A DNA stretch of 64,000 bases from the NCBI GenBank assembly GCA_001796315.1, contig MGME01000004.1:3795-67794 (forward strand), in the 5' to 3' direction. Below the pieces are notes generated by a model, which was not told where the DNA came from, searched no databases, and was given only the letters and a program-made list of their open reading frames with translations. This DNA is from Chlamydiae bacterium RIFCSPLOWO2_12_FULL_49_12 (GTDB lineage: Bacteria > Chlamydiota > Chlamydiia > Chlamydiales > Rhabdochlamydiaceae). The position numbers and the translations under genes were made by a program. Positions within the stretch are counted from its first letter, which is position 1. Every line of letters begins with the position of its first letter. This document shows, piece after piece, positions 53,221 to 61,183 of the stretch.

Positions 53221-55599
53221 TTAAGAGAGAGCGGAAAATCTTTTAAAAGCCTCTTCTGAAGAATGACGTTCTTTTGGATCGGGGTGCAGCATCTCTTGAA
53301 TGACTGCGGCTTCTTGGGAGAAAGGAGAGGATTTTTGGACTTCTCCCATCCAGAGCGGTGTTGAGAAGGAGGGGGCGGATTTTTTATAGTCTTGAAACGA
53401 GACATCTTGAAAGAGACGCTCGCCGGTGCTCTCAAACAGATGCCAAAGAGTGATTCCGGCAGACCAGACGTCATTGGCAAAAGAGATTCTCTCTTGCTTC
53501 TCTTCTGTTAACAGGGAGGGCTGAGAGGGAATCGAAGCGATTTCCGGCGCCATGTACAGCTCGGTTCCCGCATAGAAGGAATAGGAAAGGCCGGGATGTT
53601 TGCAGATGGCCATGCCAAAGTCTCCGATCTTCACGACTCCCTTATGGACAAAAGTGTTCTCCGGTTTTAAATCGCGATGAATCCATCCCTTTTCGTGAAA
53701 CTCTTTCACGCCTTGTAAAAATTGACAAGCCAGCTCCTTCAAGTCCGCATGTGCCGGATTCTGTTTTTTCAGATAGGACTTGAGAGTTTGTTCATAAAGA
53801 GGCATGACCCAAGCGTCCTTATTCCAAACATCTCCTTGGGCATTAACAATCTTACTCTTCCAGGAGTTGATGTATCCAAAAGAGTCTGCGGCATGCTCTC
53901 CCTTGAGTTGCTGCATGATCTGTTGATCGGCTCTGGCGCTTTTTTTCCCGATATTGAGGATCGTTCCGAGGGCGACTTTTTCTTTCTTGACAAGATCGTA
54001 GCCTTCTTTGACGCGAGTGGTCGCTCCCTTTCCAACAAGCCTATCTCCCTTTTCCTGATGCTGATTAAAATGGATGATGATCCGTTCCCCCCCCTTTTGA
54101 TAGCTTAAGGATCTGACCAGCTCGGAAGTGGTTCTGGAAATGTGAAAAAAAGACTCCGGGGGATCATTTTCCAGCTCCCGTTCCCACTCTCCTCTGTGCA
54201 TCTTGATGTAGAGAAGGATCTCCACCCGCTCTTTTAACGAGAGCTGGTTCTCGACTGGCTGAAAGCCATCTCGAGCTTCCTGCACGAGAGAGAGAAATTT
54301 TCCTGTTGCCTTGTGGCCATATTTGAGGATAAAGAGAGTTCCGAGTTGCTCGAGCTCGCTTCCTGCTCCCAGAATATGTTGGGCTTTTGCCTGGGCCATT
54401 TGACAAGCGTCTTTGATAATCTGATCGACATCAGCTTTTATTTTTGAGAGCTCGTTAGAGCTCTCCATGGCTTTTTTTACCGCTTTTATGATCACGCCAA
54501 GCGGCAATTTTGAATGGGAGTAGAAAGAGTCGGCTACGAGCAGGAGATGATCGAAAAAGGTCTGCTTGCCGTTGAGCAGTGCTTTTGCTTGAGAATAGGC
54601 CCAAGTGACGGTCGAAAGTTCACGGATGTTCAAAAAGTGTGCAAGCCGGATTCCCTCTTCGACGGAGCAAGAGGGCTCGAGGTTGACTGCGCATTGAACG
54701 ATGTGCTGAGGAAGCCGCGACTTTAAAAGCGCCTGCGCCCATTTCATCGTTTCCTCTAAGCTTTTGCCGCTCAAGGAGCCGGAGACAATCAAAAGCGCAT
54801 TTTTGATGGCTTTGGATTCTTTTAGGTTCATCCCGCTTTCTACGATTGCCTTAGCCCAGGCGACCTTTTCGTCTAAGGATCTGACGTTGCTTAGATAGGA
54901 GACAATCCCTAGGGCTGTCGTCACGCCGGAATTGAGGGGCATTTTGGCATTGAGAAGCAGCCGAGCCAATGCGACTTTTTCTTCCACGGGATTTCTTCTC
55001 AGAAAGTTCATTGCGATGCTGAGCGCTGCTGCAGCTAAAGAGCGGTCAGAGAGATCAAGTGGCGATTTCCAAAGAGCTTCTGCAAGAGGGAGGGCAAGAG
55101 AGTTCCATGCGCTACAGGCCTCTTTTGTGAATTTTAGAAGCTCTTGAGCTTTTGCGCCCTCTTTGTCATGCCGCATCAGAAATTGGGCATAGGGGATCTC
55201 GGGCTCTTTGTCTGCGATGATTCTGGCCTGGCTTAAGATAGCCTCCTTTCTTTCAGGAGGAAGGTCTTCTCTAAAGTTCCATAGAGCGGAGGTAAGTTGC
55301 ACGCTTCGGAGAATCTCCTTTTCATTAAAAAAGCGGTCTCTCCAAGCGGCGGAGCTCTCTGCCGCATCCGAAAATGTACCCTTTGTACCGGCATCGATAA
55401 GAACCCACCTGGGAGTTCCCTCAACGACAATTTGAAGCGGCTTGAAAAAAGGGCGGATTGCAAAATCGAGATCCGGTTTGGCATCTGCCTGCTTAATCCA
55501 GATGACCTCTAGAGTTTTGTCCACGCCGAAGAGCTTGATCAGACGAGTTTCCGGAGTCGGAGCGCCGATGATTTTTGAACAAAAGAGAGTTGGATTCAT
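53221..55599 (-). CDS. Ser/Thr protein kinase with a long N-terminal helical-repeat region
   Basis: C-terminal Hanks-type kinase: G-loop VGKGATTRV, HRDLKPEN, DFG, LYMAPE and DVWSAGITLW. The N-terminal ~500 aa include about 38-aa repeats (LARLLLNAKMPLNSG.../VAWAKAIVESGMNLKES.../MKWAQALLKSRL...). Confidence 0.85.
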   Translation of the reverse strand: MNPTLFCSKIIGAPTPETRLIKLFGVDKTLEVIWIKQADAKPDLDFAIRPFFKPLQIVVEGTPRWVLIDAGTKGTFSDAAESSAAWRDRFFNEKEILRSVQLTSALWNFREDLPPERKEAILSQARIIADKEPEIPYAQFLMRHDKEGAKAQELLKFTKEACSAWNSLALPLAEALWKSPLDLSDRSLAAAALSIAMNFLRRNPVEEKVALARLLLNAKMPLNSGVTTALGIVSYLSNVRSLDEKVAWAKAIVESGMNLKESKAIKNALLIVSGSLSGKSLEETMKWAQALLKSRLPQHIVQCAVNLEPSCSVEEGIRLAHFLNIRELSTVTWAYSQAKALLNGKQTFFDHLLLVADSFYSHSKLPLGVIIKAVKKAMESSNELSKIKADVDQIIKDACQMAQAKAQHILGAGSELEQLGTLFILKYGHKATGKFLSLVQEARDGFQPVENQLSLKERVEILLYIKMHRGEWERELENDPPESFFHISRTTSELVRSLSYQKGGERIIIHFNQHQEKGDRLVGKGATTRVKEGYDLVKKEKVALGTILNIGKKSARADQQIMQQLKGEHAADSFGYINSWKSKIVNAQGDVWNKDAWVMPLYEQTLKSYLKKQNPAHADLKELACQFLQGVKEFHEKGWIHRDLKPENTFVHKGVVKIGDFGMAICKHPGLSYSFYAGTELYMAPEIASIPSQPSLLTEEKQERISFANDVWSAGITLWHLFESTGERLFQDVSFQDYKKSAPSFSTPLWMGEVQKSSPFSQEAAVIQEMLHPDPKERHSSEEAFKRFSALS

Positions 55600-55793
55600 A
55601 AACTTTTAAATGGTTTATTAATAATTGTAAATTATTATATCAAAATTATATTTATTAGTAAAGATTAACTAAATCTCTAATAGATTGATTGTTAGTGGCT
55701 TGTTGTAGCAAGTCCGGTTTTTATTTCTGAGTGGTTGTGAGAAAGGGGAAGTAAAGCGTATTCTTGATCCGGCTCACAATATTAAGGAATTCT

Positions 55794-58391
55794 ATGGGTT
55801 GTTATCTAACCTCTTTAGCTGCAGTTCTTTTTTTAACTTTTTCACTCTTTTCAGGAGAGAGAGGCCCTTTGCTGCGCGCTAAAGAGCCCCACTGGCGGCC
55901 CACCATTGTGGAGACCTATCCCGAAGGCCAGCCCATGCGTGTTGTTTATGTTGAAGAGTTGGAAGGGGGCGAGCTAAAAGAATGGAAACAGGTCACATTC
56001 TACGCGACGGGACAGATCCAGGAGGAAGTTGATCTAGTCCGCATTTCCAAAGAGGCGCCGGCTTTTTCCCTGTGGAATAAAGAGCATGTTCCTCACGGGG
56101 CCTCTCTTGTCTACTATCCCAACGGGGCTCTGGAAAAAATTGCTTATTTTACTCAAGGATTATTGGATGGTCAATGCACCCTCTATTTTCCCGATGGCAA
56201 AGAGCGCTTGAAGTGCACTTATAAAGAAGGAAAGTTCGACGGGCCGATTGTCGCCTATTTTGAAGATGGGACAAAATCCAAAGAGGGATGTTACAAAGAA
56301 GGCAAACTGCACGGCGATCTCATCCAGTACTTCTCCAAGGGAGGCCGCTCTTCGCTTGTCACCTATCTCGAGGGGGTTCCACACGGCTCTTCGAGCGAGT
56401 GGTATGAGAATGGTGTTTTGAAAGCTTCCCGCCATTACCATAAAGGGCTTTTACATTCTGACGGGAAAAATCCTGCAGTCATTCTCTACAACGAAGAGAG
56501 AGGGATTCAGGAGGCTCAGGATTTCAAACAGGGAAAGCCCGTGGGTATCCACATCCAATACCACTCCAACGGGAAGGAGAGTTACAAGGTTTCCTACGTA
56601 GACGGACAAAAGGAGGGGAAGGAAATCCATTTTTCCACTACCGGAAAAGTGAAAGGAGAGGGTGAATATGAGCGGGGCGCGCCAAAGGGGCGGCATTGGA
56701 GAGATCATGAAAATGGAGCGCCGGCCTTAAGGGCGCTCTATGATGAAAATGGAAATTTTGCAGAGCCGCTTGTGACCTTTGGAGAAAATGGCAAAAAGCT
56801 CTCGCAATATAGACTTTCAAAAGAGGGCTCCTTTGAAGGGGAGTATCTAAGCTGGTATGAAGAAGGTCAGCCCAAGGAGGAGTTCCGCTACGAAAAGGGA
56901 GTTAAAAGCGGCGAGCAGCGAGAGTTCTATCCTTCAGGGCAGATGAAGGAGAGAGCTTTTTACGATGCAGGGATGAAAGAGGGTATTTTTGAGAGCTGGC
57001 ATGAAAATGGCAAGCTTGCAAAACAAGCGACCTATCAAAAAGGGAGCAGGGAAGGCAAGGCGGAAGAGTGGTTTTCGGACGGTCGCCTAAAATGTCAGGA
57101 ATGCTACCGGCAAGGAGAACTCGAAGAAGAGAAAAAAGAATGGTTTGAGAGCGGGGTGTTGCATTTGTCCGGATGTTTTAGCAAAGGAAAAAAGAGCAAG
57201 GAGCATTGCGAATGGAATGAGAAGGGGGAACTCGTCTTTCAGGGCAGTTATGTTGACGGTCTTCCCGACGGGTTGGTGACTCTTTGGTGGAAAGATGACA
57301 AAATCCGCGAGCGGATTCATTTTAACAAGGGAAAGAGAGAGGGGATAGACGAAGAGTTCTATCTGGACGGAAGCCCCAAGGCCCGTGCCCATTACAGAGA
57401 TGATCAGGTCGATGGTCTCTTTGAAACCTGGCATGAGGGCGGTGGTATCCATCAGATCAAGACGTTTAAACTGGGAAAGCCCGTTGGAGAACAGAAAGAG
57501 TATTTCTCGAAACAAGAGATCGGTGAACAGGGAGCGGAGGTTCTCTCCTACCATTACCACTATAATGAAGAGGGAAAGCTTCATGGGGAGCAAAGGACCT
57601 ATTATCCCAATGGGAGGATTCAAACGGTCATTACGTATGACGGAGGTTCTCTTGAGGGAAGAAAGGCTCTATGGGATGAAGAGGGGGCTCTTTTAGAAGA
57701 GGCCTTTTACGAAAAAGGACAGCTTCATGGGCGCCACTTTGAAAGAGGACAAAGGAAAGAAGAGATCATCACCCACTACAAAAACAACAAAAAAGAGGGC
57801 GTCCATGAGATCTATTATCCCGCCAATGACTACTTTGGGAGAGTACGAGCTCTTGAAGCGCGTTTCGTTTCCGACAAGCTCGAGGGAGATGTCGTGGAGA
57901 ATAATGAGGCTGGAACAATAATTGCAAAGACCCCTTACAGGAATGGAAAGAAGGAAGGGATTGCCGAGCTTTACTTTCCCAAAGGGGCGATGATGATGAA
58001 GATATCTTACAAAGAGGGGAAGAAAGAGGGGCCGGCTATCCGATTCTTTGAAAACGGGAACACCCAAAGAGAGGTCTCTTTTGTCGCCGATTTTAAGGAG
58101 GGGGATGAAAAGAGCTATTTTGAAAATGGTCAGCTTGCCTCTTTCATCCAATTTAAACAGGACAAGATCGACGGCAACTATCAGGAATGGAATGAACAGG
58201 GAATACTTCTCTTTGATTCCGAATACAAAGAAAATAAACGCCACGGAAAATTTAATAAATACGACGAGGAGGGAAAACCCTATCTTTTGCAAACCTTTGT
58301 CGATGACGAACTCGACGGCATCAAAAGGCGTTATGAAAAGGATGGATCCATCACAGAGACCCGGTACAGCAAAGGAAAAAAACTTGACTAG
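55794..58391 (+). CDS. Large MORN-variant / YwqK-like repeat protein
   Basis: Signal-like N-terminus, then more than 25 iterations of a ~23-aa unit (Y.NG.....Y..GK.(D/H)G....(Y/W)). AAGGAA lies upstream of ATG 55794. The TAG stop lies in the first bases of repeat D1. Confidence 0.8.
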   Translation: MGCYLTSLAAVLFLTFSLFSGERGPLLRAKEPHWRPTIVETYPEGQPMRVVYVEELEGGELKEWKQVTFYATGQIQEEVDLVRISKEAPAFSLWNKEHVPHGASLVYYPNGALEKIAYFTQGLLDGQCTLYFPDGKERLKCTYKEGKFDGPIVAYFEDGTKSKEGCYKEGKLHGDLIQYFSKGGRSSLVTYLEGVPHGSSSEWYENGVLKASRHYHKGLLHSDGKNPAVILYNEERGIQEAQDFKQGKPVGIHIQYHSNGKESYKVSYVDGQKEGKEIHFSTTGKVKGEGEYERGAPKGRHWRDHENGAPALRALYDENGNFAEPLVTFGENGKKLSQYRLSKEGSFEGEYLSWYEEGQPKEEFRYEKGVKSGEQREFYPSGQMKERAFYDAGMKEGIFESWHENGKLAKQATYQKGSREGKAEEWFSDGRLKCQECYRQGELEEEKKEWFESGVLHLSGCFSKGKKSKEHCEWNEKGELVFQGSYVDGLPDGLVTLWWKDDKIRERIHFNKGKREGIDEEFYLDGSPKARAHYRDDQVDGLFETWHEGGGIHQIKTFKLGKPVGEQKEYFSKQEIGEQGAEVLSYHYHYNEEGKLHGEQRTYYPNGRIQTVITYDGGSLEGRKALWDEEGALLEEAFYEKGQLHGRHFERGQRKEEIITHYKNNKKEGVHEIYYPANDYFGRVRALEARFVSDKLEGDVVENNEAGTIIAKTPYRNGKKEGIAELYFPKGAMMMKISYKEGKKEGPAIRFFENGNTQREVSFVADFKEGDEKSYFENGQLASFIQFKQDKIDGNYQEWNEQGILLFDSEYKENKRHGKFNKYDEEGKPYLLQTFVDDELDGIKRRYEKDGSITETRYSKGKKLD

Positions 58392-58553
58392 TGCTCTGTC
58401 AACATTCAAATTGCGGATGCGCTAGCGCGAAAGCTGCCGAATTTCAACGATCGCAAGTGCCTTAGTATTAGAAATACAAATGGCACGTGCGATCGTTGAA
58501 ATTCGGCGCTTTGGCGCCGCGCATCCGTAATTTCAATGTTGACAGAGCACTAG
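58388..58553. repeat. Palindromic element, family D, copy D1 (166 bp hairpin)
   Basis: CTAGTGCTCTGTCAACATTCAAATTGCGGATGCGC ... GCGCATCCGTAATTTCAATGTTGACAGAGCACTAG. It shares the ACGATCGCA...TGCGATCGT core and the GCGAAAGC/GCTTTGGC core with family B. Confidence 0.9.
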
Positions 58554-58601
58554 TTTATCTCGACTGTGCGCCGATCAAAGCTGCCTGCAAAAAATCTCTT
58601 T

Positions 58602-59183
58602 TCAACGAGTTGCGCCAACTTTTCTAAAAATATGAAGGAGCGTCATTCCATAGCGGCGGGATTCGTTGAAATGTAACTGTTTGAGTCCCAATGAATGGAA
58701 GTGTAGTTTCTGAGGAGCTCTCTCTTCTACGAAAAGCAGAGCGTCGCTTGCAAGGAGGGAGGAGCTGTCAAGGAACTTAAGAATTTCAGGAAGAAGAAGA
58801 GGGGCAAGATCGTAGGGAGGATCGACGTAGATCAAGTCAAACTTCCGCTCTTTTTTTGCCAGTCGCTTCAGTTGAACGAGAGCCTCTCCTTTCAGCACAT
58901 GGACGGCCTCTTGATCAATCTTTAAGGAGAAGAGATTTTCTTCAAGAGCGCGCAGAGCATGGAAGTCCTTGTCAATGAAGAACGCCGTGCGCGCTCCGCG
59001 GCTGAGAGCTTCAATACCCATGGCTCCGCTGCCTGCAAAAAGATCTAAGAACGAGGCATGCTCAATAAAAGGTTGGGAGAGGTCGAAAACCGCTTTGCGC
59101 ACAAGAGAGGTTGTAGGGCGGATCTCCTTGCTTTTGGGAGCCTTGAGCAGGCGTCCTTTGAATGTGCCTGCGAGAATACGCAT
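58602..59183 (-). CDS. rsmD: 16S rRNA (guanine966-N2)-methyltransferase
   Basis: MRILAGTFKGRLLKAPKSKEIRPTTSLVRKAVFD, FLDLFAGSGAMGIEALSRGA and IYVDPPY are typical of RsmD. Confidence 0.85.
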   Translation of the reverse strand: MRILAGTFKGRLLKAPKSKEIRPTTSLVRKAVFDLSQPFIEHASFLDLFAGSGAMGIEALSRGARTAFFIDKDFHALRALEENLFSLKIDQEAVHVLKGEALVQLKRLAKKERKFDLIYVDPPYDLAPLLLPEILKFLDSSSLLASDALLFVEERAPQKLHFHSLGLKQLHFNESRRYGMTLLHIFRKVGATR

Positions 59184-59199
59184 CCTTACGGTCCTTGAA

Positions 59200-59354
59200 G
59201 AGTCTGAAAACAGGCGACAATCTGCTTGTTGCGGCTTTTCCCTAGCGATTCTCGCTTCGAATCCTTCGTCTTCAAGAAGGTTATTTCTCGCGAGAATTGA
59301 TCCGGCTTTGCCGCGCAGCGCATCTTTGTCGCCTGTTTGAGGCTCGGGTTAATA
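59200..59354. repeat. Palindromic element, family C, copy C3 (left terminus truncated, inverted relative to C2)
   Basis: GAGTCTGAAAACAGGCGACAATCTGC ... GCGCATCTTTGTCGCCTGTTTGAGGCTCGGGTTAATA. The internal arms are in reverse order relative to C2. It overlaps the TAA stop of the vWA gene. Confidence 0.85.
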
Positions 59355-61178
59355 AGGCCTCCGTTTCGGCGTGGACACCGTAGCATCGCGGAGGAGAGCT
59401 TGGGCTTTTTTTAGCTCTTCCTTTTTTTTGCTGTGAAGGTAGACGCTAAACTGGGTCCAGACTTGAGCTTCCTTCCATGCTTTTTCAAGCTGAGGATTTT
59501 TCTTTTGAGGATGATCAAAGTAGACCTCTTTTTGGATGACGATGGGCTCATTTTTATGGATTCCTTGAAGGACGACTGTAAAAGAGGTCGGTTGGCTTAC
59601 CGTGCCAAAAAGGGAAAAGGGGCGGTTGTTAAAAAGCGCGGAAAGATGGGATGAAGGTAAAAGGAGGCGAACTTCTTGCTCCAGATTTGAGGAGTGCACG
59701 GAAGCGAGAAGATTTTTTGCGAGGGGAGAAGAGAGGTTGCGGACAAACTGTGCAAATTTCCGGGCAAAGGCCGCGTGAGTGGGGGAATAGAGTAATTCTC
59801 CTCCTGCCTGATGGGTTAATGCTTTGAGGAGAGCCAGATTGTTGTCTCGTCCACAGGTCGCGGCATAGAGCGCAACTTTTTGATTGTTCTTTTTTAAAAA
59901 ATTCTTTAGAGCTTCTTTCTGTTTTTGCGTTGTGAGAGAGGTCGTTCCGTCTGAGATTAAAATGGCAAGGTGCATCTGGAGATCTTCGGGAGTTTCAGGC
60001 AGGAGCTTGGAAAGAGAAGCGCACAGCTCTCCAGCTGTACAACAGCTTTTCGATTCTTGAGAAGATAAGAACTCCTTGGCGAGCTGGCAATTCTTTTTGT
60101 TGGCGGGGAGATTCGTTTTGGAGAGAAGGATTGTTTTACGATCGAAGATGCAGATATTGAAGTTCTGATTGCTGTCAAGCAAGGAGAGAGCGCGCAGGAC
60201 GGCTCTTTTGTAGCCGGTGAAACGATGCTTTTCGATGGAATTGGAGCGGTCGATCAGAAAGTAGAAGTTTTGCTTCATTTGAATCTGAGAGAGATCGTCT
60301 TTTGGCGTGAAAGTCAAGACAAAGGGATACCCTCCTTTTTCGTTTTGCAACAGCAAAGAGACGTCGAGCTTAAAATAATCAGACCAGTCCGAAAAAAAGA
60401 GAGCTGGGCCATCCGGAAGGTAAAATTCGACAGGTGAGATATTGTTGTTAAAGACTGATTGGGCAAGGAGAGGATTGTCAGAATGAAGCGCTTCAGAAGA
60501 AAGAGGCAAAAGAGAGAGGTCAAGAGAAGGTTCTTGGGCCTCTCTCTTTTGCAGGCTAAGAGCGGCAAGACGGTCATCCTTGTTTGCATTTAAAGAGAGG
60601 ATTGCCGGATCTAGGGCTCGTTTGCTCACTTCAAACTTTTCAAGAGAAGGAGTTGTGGAGTAAGAACGCAACGTCAGAGGCGCAGATGCTCTTTTTAGAG
60701 CATCAAGCGGAACAACTGATATCCAAGACTCTAAAAAGGGGAGAATGTGAAGAGATTCCGGAAAATCAACAGAGGGCTGGGAGGTGAGGAGCCTTTGATC
60801 ATTGTTAGGGAAAGAGGGGAAGAAGAAAGAAGAGAACTTATCTTTGGTAGAGAGGGTATTTGGAACTGTTTCAAATGAGAAAGAGAGAGGGCCGACCCTT
60901 TCTTCTTGGGGCAGCAGTTGATCTTGTAGACGTTCGGTCTCCGTTTGATTAAGAGGGGTGATTTTGCTCAGCGCTTCTTGCAAAAAGAGACTCTTTTTTT
61001 GCGTCGAGAAGAGGCCGTCTTTGTCCTCGCTCTCCAGTCCTTTGATCCAGACCCGGGAAAAAGAGGATTGAAGAAAGAGAGGATTGCGAAAAGCATAAGT
61101 GAAAAGGGCGAGGTGGACCCCTACAGTGATCAAGAGGCAAAGCCCTAAAAGAGAGCCTGACGAGTTTTTAACCGGCAT
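59349..61178 (-). CDS. Membrane-anchored von Willebrand factor type A (vWA) domain protein
   Basis: N-terminal TM (LLGLCLLITVGVHLALF). A MIDAS-like DxSxS motif is present (FYFLIDRSNSI), with following vWA strands (NFNICIFD, LAILISDGTTS). Confidence 0.65.
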   Translation of the reverse strand: MPVKNSSGSLLGLCLLITVGVHLALFTYAFRNPLFLQSSFSRVWIKGLESEDKDGLFSTQKKSLFLQEALSKITPLNQTETERLQDQLLPQEERVGPLSFSFETVPNTLSTKDKFSSFFFPSFPNNDQRLLTSQPSVDFPESLHILPFLESWISVVPLDALKRASAPLTLRSYSTTPSLEKFEVSKRALDPAILSLNANKDDRLAALSLQKREAQEPSLDLSLLPLSSEALHSDNPLLAQSVFNNNISPVEFYLPDGPALFFSDWSDYFKLDVSLLLQNEKGGYPFVLTFTPKDDLSQIQMKQNFYFLIDRSNSIEKHRFTGYKRAVLRALSLLDSNQNFNICIFDRKTILLSKTNLPANKKNCQLAKEFLSSQESKSCCTAGELCASLSKLLPETPEDLQMHLAILISDGTTSLTTQKQKEALKNFLKKNNQKVALYAATCGRDNNLALLKALTHQAGGELLYSPTHAAFARKFAQFVRNLSSPLAKNLLASVHSSNLEQEVRLLLPSSHLSALFNNRPFSLFGTVSQPTSFTVVLQGIHKNEPIVIQKEVYFDHPQKKNPQLEKAWKEAQVWTQFSVYLHSKKKEELKKAQALLRDATVSTPKRRPY

Positions 61179-61183
61179 TGTGG

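Noticed and set aside
22100-58500. The CGATCG-containing core of families B and D as a HIP1-like (GCGATCGC) dispersed octamer.
   Set aside because: The motif was seen only inside the B and D elements as part of their stems, not as an independently scattered short palindrome. The resemblance to cyanobacterial HIP1 is probably coincidental.
361-59354. Could the repeated palindromes be a CRISPR array or CRISPR remnants?
   Set aside because: The copies are dispersed singly over 59 kb rather than arranged as short direct repeats separated by unique spacers. They are 160+ bp hairpins, and no cas genes are present.
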